Source: a plasmid
Strand: one strand, 5' to 3'
Sequence record: NZ_CP120537.1
DNA length: 64,000 bases
Shown here: piece after piece, positions 49,190 through 59,693 of the stretch
How positions within the stretch are numbered: position 1 is the stretch's first letter
Layout: the number at the start of each line of letters is the position of its first letter
Program-made: the position numbers and the translations under genes
The notes under the pieces: generated by a model
What the model saw: only the letters and a program-made list of their open reading frames with translations
The model's database searches: none
Told to the model about the DNA's origin: nothing

Positions 49190-52100
49190 ATGAAAGAGAT
49201 TAAATCAGGCCGTATTCAAATTTTGACAGAACAGGAGATTCATGAGCTCTATTCTCGTCCAATATTTAATCAAATTGAGCGTGAAGAATATTTTTCATTA
49301 GATCCGAGTATAAAAAAAATCCTCACTAAAATGGGAAAAATTGAAACGAAAATATATTTAATTCTTCTGATTGGTTATTTTCGCGCGAAGCCTGTTGTCG
49401 CTCAATTTAAACTACGAGAGGTTAAACAAGATGTCGACTATATTTATGCGACACATTTTCCAAATAGAAAGCCGAAATACCCCTTTATTGCTAAAAGTAC
49501 TCGAGCAACATTGATCGCTAAAATGCATGAAATACTGGGTTTTTCGCGGTTATTAAGACAAGATAAACAAGCCTTGATAGAGCGTTTGGGTGATGTCGCA
49601 ACAATCTGTACATACCCCAAATATATTTTTGATGAATGCCTCGCTTTTTTAGGTCAAAACAGAATTGGATTAGTGGGTTATTCCACTTTGCAAAATATGA
49701 TCACCACGGTTTTAGCTAATGAGAGGCATCGTACCGAGTTGATCCTTTCAAATAGCGTGCCACCAATAATACATAAAAAATTAAAGAAGATACTGCATAC
49801 AAAAGGGGTTTTAAATAGTCTATCTGGCCAACAAGGCGCAGCTAAAGATTTTACACCGACAGAGCTCGCAAGTGAAATTGAAACGCATAATGCCATAAAA
49901 AGTGTTTATCCCGACGTAAAACGTCTTGTTGGTGAATTGGGATTATCATTAGGTAATTTAAGCTATTATGCATCGATTATTCAACATCAATCGATTTATA
50001 AAATTCGTCGATTTCCCGAATGGCAAGGCATGTTATATCTGGTTTGTTATCTATTTTTTCGCTACCAAGAAACTAATGATAAATTGGTAACAGCTTTTTT
50101 ATATGTGACGAGAAAGCAAAGGGAAGCTGCGAGTGCTTTAGCTAAGTTACGCATTGCAGAAGAACTGGAAATTATTCGTGAAAAGTTAATGCATGCGGGT
50201 AATATTTTACACCTCTTTGTTGATGAAAACGTCAGTGACAATACGCAATTTGGTGATATTCGCCAAAATGCATTTGCAATGATGTCTAAAGATGAAATTC
50301 AGTTAATAAGTCAACATCTTAATAAGAATAGTTTTGATAAAACCCATTATGAGTGGCTATACATTGATACACAATACAGAAAAATTGCGAATACAATGAG
50401 GTCACTCTTTCTCGCGATTGATATCGAGTGCGAACCAGGATTACAACTACTATCTTCCCAATTATTAACAGCAAAATCAGAACTTCAAAAAGATAAGCAC
50501 ATTTCTACCGTCGATCAGCGGTTACTGTTAAAAAACGATAAACCTTTTATCCTGATAGATGAACAGGTTAATACTCAACGATTTGAATACTATTTATACC
50601 AAAAAGTGGCTCGGATGATTGAGAGTAACAATATTTACATCAATGAAAGCGCCAGCAACAAGCGTTTAGACGATGATCTGATTTCAGCCACCGAGTGGAA
50701 AAAAAGCCATGTCATCATTCAAAAAACAGGATTAACTCGGCTCAATACACCGATACAACAAACGCTTTCGGAATTAACGCAAAAACTGAGAGACCAAATG
50801 GAGCGAATTGGTCGCAATATCCATGATGGAGCCAATGATTTCGTGACACTTCAACCGCGTTCAAATCAGTTAACATGGAAACTGGCGAATAAACGCTGGA
50901 AAGATGACATTGATAATCCCATATATAACCAGCTCCAACATATGGGGATCATTGAAATTATGGACTATGTTCATCAAAAAACGGGTTACTTAGATGCATT
51001 TAAAAATATCGCATCAAAAAAGAAAAACACTAAGGCCAAAGAGGGCGATTTACTCGCTTGCATATTTGGAAATGGCTCAAACTATGGTGTTCATCATATG
51101 TCATCAATATCAGATAGAGCCATCGGTGTGCTTAGAGCCGTCAATGATGGTTATATTAGGCCTGAAACAACGAGTGAAGCTAATGATATGATAGCTGATG
51201 CTTTAGCAAAACTCCCCATTTTCAAATATTATACGATTAACGAAAGTGCCCCATTTGGTAGTATTGATGGCCAAAAACATGGTTGCCGAATCAATACATT
51301 TAAAGCCCGTTTTTCTGCTAAATATTTCCGAAAAGGGAAAGGCGTATCAGCACTCACATTAGTTTCAAATCATGTACCAATAAATACGAAAGTGATTTCA
51401 GCCAATGAATATGAGGCTCACCACGCATTCGATTTACTCTATAATAATACCAGCCATATTCAGCCCAAAACATTAGCAACAGACACGCATGGCGTTAACA
51501 ATGTAAACTTTGCTATCCTTGATCTCTTTGGGTATCAGTTTGCCCCGCGATATGCAAAATTTAAACACGTTTTTAATGAATTGTTTGAGATCGAGTATGA
51601 TGAAATCCTTTCCCTGAAACTTAAAAAATCGCTCAACTTATCACTCATTCAAGAAGAGTGGGAAAATATTCAATGGATAATTTGTTCATTAAGCCGTAAA
51701 ACGACGACACAAAGCACGGTGATTACTAAGCTTTCTAACAGTAAGAAAAACAATCGCACCTTAGCGGCTCTTCGTGAATATGACCGAATAATTAAGTGTT
51801 TATACGTTCTCGATTATGTTGATGACAAAATGCTCAGGCAGTTTGTCCAACAAGCACTTAATCGGGGTGAGGCTTACCATCAATTACGGCGTGCAATTGC
51901 GTCAATTAATGGTAATCAATTCAGAGGTGGCGATGATTACCAGATAGAACAATGGAATGATTGTGCTCGTATCATTGCTAACTGCATTATTTATTATAAT
52001 TCTGCATTATTATCCAGTTTGATTGAAAAATTTGCGCGTGAAAATAATCAAGAAGCGGTGAATATGATAGCTGAGTTATCACCTGTCGCATGGCAGCATA

Positions 52101-52216
52101 TACAGCTGGCCGGTAATTACACCTTTGGCCTTAAAAAAGATAATATTGTACTGGAAAGATTACTGGAGAATTTAGATCCTCTTATTTCAGAAGAGTCGTT
52201 AAGCTTAGCGGCATAG
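49190..52216 (+). CDS. tnpA: Tn3-family transposase TnpA
   Basis: 1008 aa, typical length and architecture (DDE region in the C-terminal third). Confidence 0.85.
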   Translation: MKEIKSGRIQILTEQEIHELYSRPIFNQIEREEYFSLDPSIKKILTKMGKIETKIYLILLIGYFRAKPVVAQFKLREVKQDVDYIYATHFPNRKPKYPFIAKSTRATLIAKMHEILGFSRLLRQDKQALIERLGDVATICTYPKYIFDECLAFLGQNRIGLVGYSTLQNMITTVLANERHRTELILSNSVPPIIHKKLKKILHTKGVLNSLSGQQGAAKDFTPTELASEIETHNAIKSVYPDVKRLVGELGLSLGNLSYYASIIQHQSIYKIRRFPEWQGMLYLVCYLFFRYQETNDKLVTAFLYVTRKQREAASALAKLRIAEELEIIREKLMHAGNILHLFVDENVSDNTQFGDIRQNAFAMMSKDEIQLISQHLNKNSFDKTHYEWLYIDTQYRKIANTMRSLFLAIDIECEPGLQLLSSQLLTAKSELQKDKHISTVDQRLLLKNDKPFILIDEQVNTQRFEYYLYQKVARMIESNNIYINESASNKRLDDDLISATEWKKSHVIIQKTGLTRLNTPIQQTLSELTQKLRDQMERIGRNIHDGANDFVTLQPRSNQLTWKLANKRWKDDIDNPIYNQLQHMGIIEIMDYVHQKTGYLDAFKNIASKKKNTKAKEGDLLACIFGNGSNYGVHHMSSISDRAIGVLRAVNDGYIRPETTSEANDMIADALAKLPIFKYYTINESAPFGSIDGQKHGCRINTFKARFSAKYFRKGKGVSALTLVSNHVPINTKVISANEYEAHHAFDLLYNNTSHIQPKTLATDTHGVNNVNFAILDLFGYQFAPRYAKFKHVFNELFEIEYDEILSLKLKKSLNLSLIQEEWENIQWIICSLSRKTTTQSTVITKLSNSKKNNRTLAALREYDRIIKCLYVLDYVDDKMLRQFVQQALNRGEAYHQLRRAIASINGNQFRGGDDYQIEQWNDCARIIANCIIYYNSALLSSLIEKFARENNQEAVNMIAELSPVAWQHIQLAGNYTFGLKKDNIVLERLLENLDPLISEESLSLAA

Positions 52217-52518
52217 TCTATTAATATTATTAAACTATATATCGGCTGTAGTCCTTGATATCAAAGGGCTACAAGCAAACTTTGGACTTTTCGATGAAAT
52301 GGGCACACAACCCCATATAGGAATTAAACCTGAATATTTGGCTATGTTATACCGAACCACTGGTGATTTAGATGGATTGAAACTCCCAAAAAGAAATCGT
52401 CATGGAAAAGTAAAAATGAGTGAAGTTTTATTGTTTAAAAAGGAGTTTGAAAATAAAAATGAAGGAGGGTAAATCTCTAGTATTGCTTTATTTTAAATTT
52501 TTGGAACGTAAAAAAGTG

Positions 52519-52548
52519 TGGGGTATTTACACGATGTAAATACCCCAT
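52519..52548. terminator. perfect 12-bp hairpin (ggggtatttaca-cga-tgtaaatacccc) followed by a T-rich run
   Basis: Seen directly in the sequence between the Tn3-like IR and the IS. Confidence 0.3.
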
Positions 52549-52575
52549 TTATAACACAGTCATCTCGTAGAATAT

Positions 52576-53385
52576 TTATGCCGCACTTCGGTACTCAAAT
52601 GGCGTCATGTCATTGAGTGAATCGTGCGGCCGTTCGTTGTTGTATAGCTCAATCCAGTCTTCGGTTATTTGCTTCACTTCGTTCAGGTTGTTGAAAATGT
52701 AGCAATTGAGTACATCATCGCGATAAGTTCGGTTAAATCGTTCAATGTATGCGTTTTGATATGGGCAACCGGGTTTAATGTAATCAATCATAATGTCATG
52801 TGCTTTTGCCCAATTTACAAACACTTCCGAGGTGAATTCGCTGCCATTATCAACCCGAATTTTCTCAGGGTAACCGTGCCACTCAGCAAGTTGGTCAAGA
52901 TAGCGTATGACACGCAATGACGGCATGCTGGTCGCAATATCAATACCTAAAACTTCGCGATTAAAGTCATCAATAACGTTAAATGTGCGGAACCTGACTT
53001 TGTTGTGCAAGCTGTCACTCATAAAGTCCATTGACCAAGATTTTCCCAATGCATTCGGTGCAGCTAACGGCTCTGGGTTACGGTTGGGCAGTCGCTTTTT
53101 GCCTTTGCGTCGTAGGTTCAGTTTTAGCTCCTTATAAACGCGATAAACACGTTTGTGGTTCCAACTGTGGCCTAGCTTTCGAAGGCGTTTAAAGCACTTC
53201 GGGAACCCCCACCGATAATGCTTGTCGATTAAAGCATTCAAGGCATCAATGATTTCGTCATCATCGGTCAGCTTTGGCTCGTAATAGTAAGCGGTACGAC
53301 TGATACCAACCACATGACAGCACTTCACTACGCTTGCGTTATACTGCACCTGTAACTCGTGTGCCCAGACTTTCCGTTCTGCCAC
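52576..53385 (-). CDS. IS3-family transposase OrfB (DDE integrase core)
   Basis: 269 aa. DNGSEF and the hallmark region around NERPH. Confidence 0.8.
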   Translation of the reverse strand: MAERKVWAHELQVQYNASVVKCCHVVGISRTAYYYEPKLTDDDEIIDALNALIDKHYRWGFPKCFKRLRKLGHSWNHKRVYRVYKELKLNLRRKGKKRLPNRNPEPLAAPNALGKSWSMDFMSDSLHNKVRFRTFNVIDDFNREVLGIDIATSMPSLRVIRYLDQLAEWHGYPEKIRVDNGSEFTSEVFVNWAKAHDIMIDYIKPGCPYQNAYIERFNRTYRDDVLNCYIFNNLNEVKQITEDWIELYNNERPHDSLNDMTPFEYRSAA

Positions 53386-53390
53386 AGGCG

Positions 53391-53651
53391 CTAGAGCTTT
53401 TTTATGATGTCTTCTTGCATCTGTGACTTGAGACTCAACTCAGCATACATCTGCTTACGTCGACGGTTCTCTTCTTCAAGCTCTTTCAAGCGGCGCACAT
53501 CAGACGCTTCCATACCGCCGTATTTTTCGCGCCATTTATAAAACGTTGAATTACTGATGCCGTACTTACGACAAATATCTTTCACCGGCATACCCGCTTC
53601 GGCTTCTTTTAAAATCGCCACAATCTGGCTTTCAGTCATGCGTTTGCTCAT
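53391..53651 (-). CDS. IS3-family transposase OrfA (helix-turn-helix)
   Basis: 86 aa. SNSTFYKWR helix-turn-helix and leucine zipper. Confidence 0.8.
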   Translation of the reverse strand: MSKRMTESQIVAILKEAEAGMPVKDICRKYGISNSTFYKWREKYGGMEASDVRRLKELEEENRRRKQMYAELSLKSQMQEDIIKKL

Positions 53652-53790
53652 CGTAAAACTCCTTTGGCGCGTGAATCACCTTGTGTCTGAAGTCGTGCGT
53701 ATTGGACAAGTGGCCAACGAACATACCTCGACGTCAAAAAGCGGACAAGCGTCGTCATTTTGAGTATCCTAGCCACTTAAGATGTGACGT

Positions 53791-54732
53791 GTGAAAGGCG
53801 GATTGATGAAACCCAAACAGACCCCGACAGCCCATGATGCCGCTTTCAAAGGCTTTATGACGCAAGTTGACAGTGCTAAGGACTTTTTTGAGATACATTT
53901 GCCGGAGCACATCAAAGCGCTGTGTGATTTTAGTACCTTGTCACTGACCAATTCTTCGTTTATTGATAAGCAATTACGCTCCCGCTTATCGGATGTGCTT
54001 TACTCGGTACAAACCACTGAAGGTGAAGGGTATATCTACCTGTTGGTCGAGCATCAATCGACGCCGGATAAGCTGATGGCGTGGCGATTGATGCATTATG
54101 CGTTTTTAGCCATGAATCAACACCTTCAGCAAGGGAATAAAACGCTGCCGTTGGTGGTTCCGGTGCTGTTTTATCACGGTGGCCGCTCACCCTATCCGTA
54201 TTCCCAGTTGTGGACCGATTGTTTTCCGTTACCCGATATCGCCAATACGTTGTATACCCAACCGTTCCCGTTGGTCGATGTGACGGTGATTGATGATAAT
54301 GAGCTGGTGAATCATCGCAAAGTGGCCGTGATGGAGCTGGCGATGAAGCACAAATATTTGCGGGATGAATTTGACCGAGTTATCCCGTTATTGGCACAAG
54401 CATTGAATCAACAGTATAATAGTGATAACGACATCATCACTATCCTCAATTACCTGTTCATTGCGCTGGATTCGCCGAACTTTGAACATATTGTCCAGCA
54501 ATTGAGTGAACAGGCAGATAAGCATCAGGAGGTCATTGTGAACATTGCACAACGCTTACAAGATAAAGGCGAAAAAATCGGCTGGGAAAAAGGCCGTGAA
54601 GAAGGCCGTGAAGAAGGGATGCGTGAAGCGCAGATTATGATGGCGCGTAATCTCTTGAAAAATGGTGTCAGCCTTGAACTGATTATTGAAAGTACCGGTT
54701 TAAGCCGTGAAGATCTGATTTCCTTGCAGTGA
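53791..54732 (+). CDS. Rpn (YhgA-like) recombination-promoting nuclease / transposase_31 family
   Basis: AFKGFM N-terminus, the PD-(D/E)xK region LLVEHQS, and the repetitive Rpn C-terminal tail GWEKGREEGREEG...LSREDLISL. Confidence 0.65.
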   Translation: MKGGLMKPKQTPTAHDAAFKGFMTQVDSAKDFFEIHLPEHIKALCDFSTLSLTNSSFIDKQLRSRLSDVLYSVQTTEGEGYIYLLVEHQSTPDKLMAWRLMHYAFLAMNQHLQQGNKTLPLVVPVLFYHGGRSPYPYSQLWTDCFPLPDIANTLYTQPFPLVDVTVIDDNELVNHRKVAVMELAMKHKYLRDEFDRVIPLLAQALNQQYNSDNDIITILNYLFIALDSPNFEHIVQQLSEQADKHQEVIVNIAQRLQDKGEKIGWEKGREEGREEGMREAQIMMARNLLKNGVSLELIIESTGLSREDLISLQ

Positions 54733-54804
54733 TATTTTTCTGTTCGCAGTATCTTATGTGCTGCGAACCCCCTCACCAATAACAGAAAATGAAATAAATT
54801 GTCT

Positions 54805-55440
54805 TTATGATTTCTGTTTGTCATTTAACTGAATACGGCACACTTGAGAACGACTATAGCCAGTCGCTTCCGCGGTTTCTCGAATACTGAGTCCTTTGAT
54901 TTTTCGATAATAAATTACCTTATCATGGCGTTCTCTATCGGGTTGCTTCCCTTTGTATTTACCTAATGATTGTGCACGTTCAATACCTTGTTTTTGGCGT
55001 TCCCGGCGGCTAATCCAATCTTTGTGGGACATGGCGGCCATTAGATCAATTAACATGGTGTTAATGGCCGAAAGGACGGCTTGAGTGATAGGATCATTCT
55101 GTGTCAGATCTTGATTATTTAGAGCTTGCCAAGATGTCGGAATATCTAAACTCACAATGCGTAACTCATGGTGCTCAATTTGTTTTTTCAGTTTTAACCA
55201 ATCTGCGTTATTTAATCGGGTCAGTCGGTCAATTTGTTCAACGAGCAAAATATCACCCTGTTGACTGTCACTGAGTAAACGAGAGAGTTCGGGGCGTTCT
55301 AATTTTGTTCCGCTGATGTGTTCGCGATAATAATTCGCAATTCGTCCACCTCGTTCTTCAACAAAATCATTGAGCATCTTTTTTGCTCTATCTGCATATT
55401 GATCTTCAGAGGAGGCTCGAAGGTAAGCACGGATGAACAT
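54805..55440 (-). CDS. serine recombinase (resolvase/invertase-like), paralogue of tnpR
   Basis: RAYLRASSEDQ motif. Upstream region 55441-55560 has three 18-bp direct-repeat subsites (atcgcatttaagttatc / atcgcatataggttatt / atgcattttaggttatc). Confidence 0.7.
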   Translation of the reverse strand: MFIRAYLRASSEDQYADRAKKMLNDFVEERGGRIANYYREHISGTKLERPELSRLLSDSQQGDILLVEQIDRLTRLNNADWLKLKKQIEHHELRIVSLDIPTSWQALNNQDLTQNDPITQAVLSAINTMLIDLMAAMSHKDWISRRERQKQGIERAQSLGKYKGKQPDRERHDKVIYYRKIKGLSIRETAEATGYSRSQVCRIQLNDKQKS

Positions 55441-55633
55441 TTTTTCACCTATCTATCGCATTTAAGTTATCCCATAAAAAGTATCGCATATAGGTTATTG
55501 CATTGATAGTGATTTGATGCATTTTAGGTTATCGCTCTGGGGTATACCCTAAAGCTATAGATTGAATTGACTTGATTTTATAAAATGGGTCAACTAAAAT
55601 TTTTGTGTTAATAATTAACACAAAGGTAATTTT

Positions 55634-55876
55634 ATGGCTCGTACAACAAGTGTAACAATCGGAGCTCAACTGGATGAGTTTGTTAATCAACTCATTTCGT
55701 CTGGAAGATATGGCTCAACAAGTGAAGTCGTTCGCTCTGCTCTACGTTTACTTGAGGTCCAAGAAAAACAAACAGCAGCATTGAAGATGTTAATTGATGC
55801 CGGTGAGCAAAGTGGTGAGTCGTCGTTAACGCTCCAAGATATCGCTAAGAAAGTGAAGAATGCTCATAATGTATAA
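55634..55876 (+). CDS. parD: ParD-family antitoxin
   Basis: 80 aa, ribbon-helix-helix (GRYGSTSEVVRSALRLLE). Confidence 0.65.
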   Translation: MARTTSVTIGAQLDEFVNQLISSGRYGSTSEVVRSALRLLEVQEKQTAALKMLIDAGEQSGESSLTLQDIAKKVKNAHNV

Positions 55877-56174
55877 ACTTTCCAATTTAGCGGCTAAAGA
55901 CTTTGAAGGGATATTCGAGTATACCCTCGTGAATTTTGGTGTTAGGAAAGCGGATGAATACACCAAAAATTTACACGATGTATTAGAAGTGATTAGCAGC
56001 AATCCATTGATAGGAATCGAGTGTACAGAAATTGCAGTTGGGGTTAGGCGTCATAACCACTCTAAGCATGCAATTTTTTACCGATATAGAACCGATGATA
56101 TTTTTGTTATCCGAATTCTTCATCAACAAATGGAGCCGTTAAAGCACTTTTATTTTGACGAGTTTGAAAAGTAA
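55860..56174 (+). CDS. parE: ParE-family toxin
   Basis: 104 aa, overlaps parD; FYRYRTDDIFVIRILHQQ. Confidence 0.65.
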   Translation: MLIMYKLSNLAAKDFEGIFEYTLVNFGVRKADEYTKNLHDVLEVISSNPLIGIECTEIAVGVRRHNHSKHAIFYRYRTDDIFVIRILHQQMEPLKHFYFDEFEK

Positions 56175-56300
56175 GTTGACAAATATTTTAATAGAATTAT
56201 CTTCATGCTGAAGATTAAAGTACCCTTTCTAGTTTTATCAGAAAGATAACCTAAAAAAGGTACTTATATGAATATTTAGCTATTATTTATTAATACAGCA

Positions 56301-56711
56301 TTACATTTTATCATCTTTAGCCATGCTGTCTTTAGCCATGCTGTCTTTAGCCATGCTGTCTTTAGCCATGCTGTCTTTAGCCATGCTGTCTTTAGCCATG
56401 CTGTCTTTAGCCATGCTGTCTTTAGCCATGCTGTCTTTAGCCATGCTGTCTTTAGCCATGCTGTCTTTAGCCATGCTGTCTTTAGCCATGCTGTCTTTAG
56501 CCATGCTGTCTTTAGCCATGCTGTCTTTAGCCATGCTGTCTTTAGCCATGCCGTCTTTAGCCATGCTGTCCTTAGCCATGCTGTCCTTAGCCATGCTGTC
56601 CTTAGCCATGCTGTCCTTAGCCATGCTGTCCTTAGCCATGCTGTCTGCATAAGAAGCTGCAGCTGTCATACATAACGCACTAGTTAAGATTACTAATATT
56701 AATTTTTTCAT
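56301..56711 (-). CDS. secreted tandem-repeat protein, (AKDSM) about 25 repeats
   Basis: Signal peptide [22 protein letters not shown], then perfect pentapeptide repeats encoded by 15-bp units. The other two reading frames over the array are artefacts. Confidence 0.55.
   Translation of the reverse strand: MKKLILVILTSALCMTAAASYADSMAKDSMAKDSMAKDSMAKDSMAKDSMAKDGMAKDSMAKDSMAKDSMAKDSMAKDSMAKDSMAKDSMAKDSMAKDSMAKDSMAKDSMAKDSMAKDSMAKDSMAKDSMAKDDKM
56316..56646. repeat. tandem array of about 22 units of 15 bp (ctttagccatgctgt) with a few single-nucleotide variants
   Basis: Directly visible in the sequence; in frame with the minus-strand gene. Confidence 0.9.
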
Positions 56712-56862
56712 AACAAATTTACTCTCTATCAGTTTATTTATATTAATACTACCATTATAACTATGGGTCATTGATTAAAAAATGATTACAAATTTGTCAT
56801 AAAGCGAGGAGTAAGAAATATGGGCTTGTTGCAAATAATAAATTTGCGCATTTTTAACTCAG

Positions 56863-56939
56863 CGCTAAGAAAGTGAAGAACGCTCATAATGTATAAACTT
56901 TCCAATTTAGCGGCTAAAGACTTTGAAGGGATATTCGAG
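56863..56939 (+). repeat. 77-bp duplicate (1 mismatch) of the parD-end/parE-start junction (55843-55919), flanked by 14-bp direct repeats gggcttgttgcaaa
   Basis: Exact alignment by eye. Flanking repeats at 56822-56835 and 56940-56953. Confidence 0.7.
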
Positions 56940-57113
56940 GGGCTTGTTGCAAAAATTACCTAAGTGGAACAAATCCGAGTTCATTTAGCAAAAGCTGACA
57001 TAGTAGCTATTGATATGAGAATATTGAATTCTCAAAATCAAGCAAAATTATAAGAACATATAAATACTTTATCAACCCAAGAAAAAAATTAAATTGTATT
57101 AATGAGGTGATAT

Positions 57114-57440
57114 ATGGCTGGTATGTATTACTTGGGTAGTGGTTTGTCTGTAGGCTTAGGAACTCCGTCCTTAACAATATTATCGGATGAGTTAAAAAAA
57201 GAGCTGCAATCACATGCATATATTATCGATAAGATATTTGATTCCTTCGATTATGATCTAACTGTCGATTTCACATCTTTATCTACAGAAGAATATAAAA
57301 TTTGCCATATGGCTTTATGTAATATAGTTAACTCTATTAAACGTCAAAATGACCGTGAAAAAATATGGATTGTTAGTCTTTGGAATGAAGAGTTACATAA
57401 AAAAATGCAATTATCACCTTTATATAAAGTAGCTGACTAG
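57114..57440 (+). CDS. hypothetical protein
   Basis: 108-aa ORF. Confidence 0.3.
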   Translation: MAGMYYLGSGLSVGLGTPSLTILSDELKKELQSHAYIIDKIFDSFDYDLTVDFTSLSTEEYKICHMALCNIVNSIKRQNDREKIWIVSLWNEELHKKMQLSPLYKVAD

Positions 57441-57529
57441 TGGGTATGTGACGATTTTAAATCGTTAAAATTGTAGTTTAACAATTGCCAATCAATCGTC
57501 CGTTTTTGTGACAACCCTAACTGATACTA

Positions 57530-57567
57530 GGTATCGGAAAAATCAGTGGTTCAGGCGTGGAACCCCA
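57530..57567 (-). repeat. Tn3-family-like terminal IR type B, outer end facing right
   Basis: GGGGTTCCACGCCTGAACCACTGATTTTTCCGATACC (reverse-strand reading). Confidence 0.4.
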
Positions 57568-58270
57568 AAAAATCCTGATCCTCAATAATCCCGTTATCCT
57601 CGACCGTTGCTTAACGCTATTAACGCCTCCCCAATCCCAGTAAACGAATTGATTTATCGCTTTTTTCTAAAGAATGCATTTCCTCTGTGAGTGACACTTC
57701 TCTAGCGTGTCACTTTTTGCCCTCCGCCAAATTCCAATTCTACGCCATTTTACGTGATTTTTTCTTTTAGCCAGCCGATTGCTTTACCTATACTCTTTTT
57801 TCATCGTAGCAGGCCTTCTGTGCGGTCGATTTTTTTCGGGGGTGTGGAGGATTTTAGTCATTTTGCGTTTTACCGCTAGAGTGTGCAATTTACTACTTTT
57901 GCTGCATATTGGGGTGTTTGAACTTCATTATCACTAGATGTGGGGTTTTCGGCATCCTTTTGATACGCAAGGCAGGAATGAGAATTGCGTTTTACCCGCT
58001 ATTGACGGCAAATGTGCAATTGGTAGGGGAATTTACGACGTGAGGGTGTGGTTAAAAAAATAGCGAATCACTCTGACCGATCACCAGAGGAAAATTTAGG
58101 GCTGAAAAATAGGGGTTGCCCTGAGTGCGAAAATTTGATTTAGTATAAGGGCATGAGCTCTACGGCCATCGCACTGATTTTTATTTTAAACCTCCCTTAC
58201 TTTATTTTTTGAAGGTATAGGCTGGCGTAGACGGTTCCTGATTACCTTCATTAAAAATAAGGTATATAGT

Positions 58271-59125
58271 ATGAATACAACTCAATTTCTGACGCCCATT
58301 AATCCCGTTAAAATGGCGATGACGTCATCGATGCTTTCCTCTTTTGAGGTCTTACACTCTTTTGTCTATGACGTGATTAAACCTCTTTTTCCTAAGCAGC
58401 CCTATTTATCGCGGACGATCCGCGATGCACTCAGTTTATCAATAGGCTATAAGTCCTACTCGGATTTAGTGGACAGTGCACGGCGAAACACCGCAACGTC
58501 AAACGATACAGAAGGAAATGTATTTGACTTCAAAAAACATGAAGATGCGGTGTGGCTCTCTGTATGTCATCTTGCTGAAAAATTATGGACACATAAAAAA
58601 CATGAAGTCTTTACGGAACTTGATGATTTGCATTCGATCTTGACGCATGATTTTTTTGCTTTTGTTATTCTAGAAGGTAAATCCACGGAGCTATCGTTAA
58701 GCCTTAAAAATAATGAAATTATCGGGGCTGGACGGATCGAAAATTTGTACGAAATGAATAGTATCAGGTTATTTAACCAGCATACATTACAGTTATATCA
58801 TCACTTTATCGAATGGGGTTATCAGCCTTATTTAGATCCGATAACCTTTCAAGTATTAAATAATACATTTATGCTTACCCTAGATATGCAATTGGCAGAT
58901 GATATCGCTAAATTTAAAAAGGCTGAAACTCTAGATACAGAATCTAAAAATGCACTCGCATTGCATATTAATGCACAGATGGATAAGGTGTTTATTCGAA
59001 ATAACTTCTTTTATGATCAGCAAAGTTTTACGCCATTTTCCATCAAAACGCATTTTTATGATATTGATGGCGATGCGATGTTTATCTCTGACTTGTATCA
59101 AGTCGATAAACCATTTAAAAATTAA
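58271..59125 (+). CDS. hypothetical 284-aa protein (uncharacterised cargo)
   Basis: Clean ORF, no recognisable motif. Confidence 0.4.
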   Translation: MNTTQFLTPINPVKMAMTSSMLSSFEVLHSFVYDVIKPLFPKQPYLSRTIRDALSLSIGYKSYSDLVDSARRNTATSNDTEGNVFDFKKHEDAVWLSVCHLAEKLWTHKKHEVFTELDDLHSILTHDFFAFVILEGKSTELSLSLKNNEIIGAGRIENLYEMNSIRLFNQHTLQLYHHFIEWGYQPYLDPITFQVLNNTFMLTLDMQLADDIAKFKKAETLDTESKNALALHINAQMDKVFIRNNFFYDQQSFTPFSIKTHFYDIDGDAMFISDLYQVDKPFKN

Positions 59126-59149
59126 AATAACTATTTAATATTACTGCAT

Positions 59150-59234
59150 GGAACATCGCCTATAGCCCTTGATATCAAAGGGCTATGAGCTAAACTTGGA
59201 CTTTTCGATGAAATGGGAGCGAAACCCCTTTAAG
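59150..59234 (-). repeat. third copy of the Tn3-family transposon terminal about 85 bp (IR plus subterminal palindrome agcccttgatatcaaagggct)
   Basis: Near-identical to 52230-52314. Confidence 0.5.
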
Positions 59235-59311
59235 CAAGTTTCGAAAGTATTAAAAAAAATTAATGGCAGAATGATAGAAAAAATAAAGATAGTTAATTAC
59301 AGGAGAATTAA

Positions 59312-59494
59312 ATGGCTTACGAAATATATGCTGAGTGTCCTTGTTGTGAAGTGACAGCCGATAGCATCAATGAAATCGAAGAAGTTTTTGGGTTTCGTAT
59401 AGTTCAAAATGGAGAAAAAATTCCTCAATCCTACTGCAAGATATGTCGCGGATTACGCTGCTCACCCGATAATAAAAAATGTCAAAAAATTTAG
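59312..59494 (+). CDS. small zinc-ribbon-like protein
   Basis: 60 aa with CPCC...CKIC...C pairs. Confidence 0.3.
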   Translation: MAYEIYAECPCCEVTADSINEIEEVFGFRIVQNGEKIPQSYCKICRGLRCSPDNKKCQKI

Positions 59495-59693
59495 TATAAC
59501 ATCCCTATTGAGCTTGTAACAAAAAGCCCGCAAATGCGGGTTTTTTGTTACAAAATACTTCGATGCCGTAATTAAGTTTCAATAAGGGGTATTTTGATTT
59601 AAACAACGGTTTGTCCGACTACACCTTGTAAGCTCATATAATCCAATGGGTTAAGACTAGATATTGATTTCATATTGCGATGTACATCTTATT

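Larger units (their letters stand above)
48308..52314 (+). mobile_element. minimal Tn3-family transposon (tnpR-res-tnpA, no passenger genes)
   Basis: Terminal IRs about 40 bp long sharing ...CCCA-TTCATCGAAAAG-CCAAA-TTTGC at 48308-48350 and inverted at 52272-52314. No clean 5-bp target duplication seen. Confidence 0.55.
52550..53700 (-). mobile_element. IS3-family insertion sequence (approximate ends)
   Basis: orfA plus orfB in the -1 frame relationship. Exact IRs not resolved. Confidence 0.55.

Noticed and set aside
56316-56646. Possible CRISPR array
   Set aside because: Units are 15 bp and directly abutting, with no spacers and no cas genes. It is a coding tandem repeat.
56276-56652. ORFs 56276-56650 (-) and 56323-56652 (+) with TAWLK / MLSLA repeats
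   Set aside because: These are alternative reading frames of the 15-bp tandem array. Only the frame continuous with a signal peptide (56301-56711, minus) is plausible.
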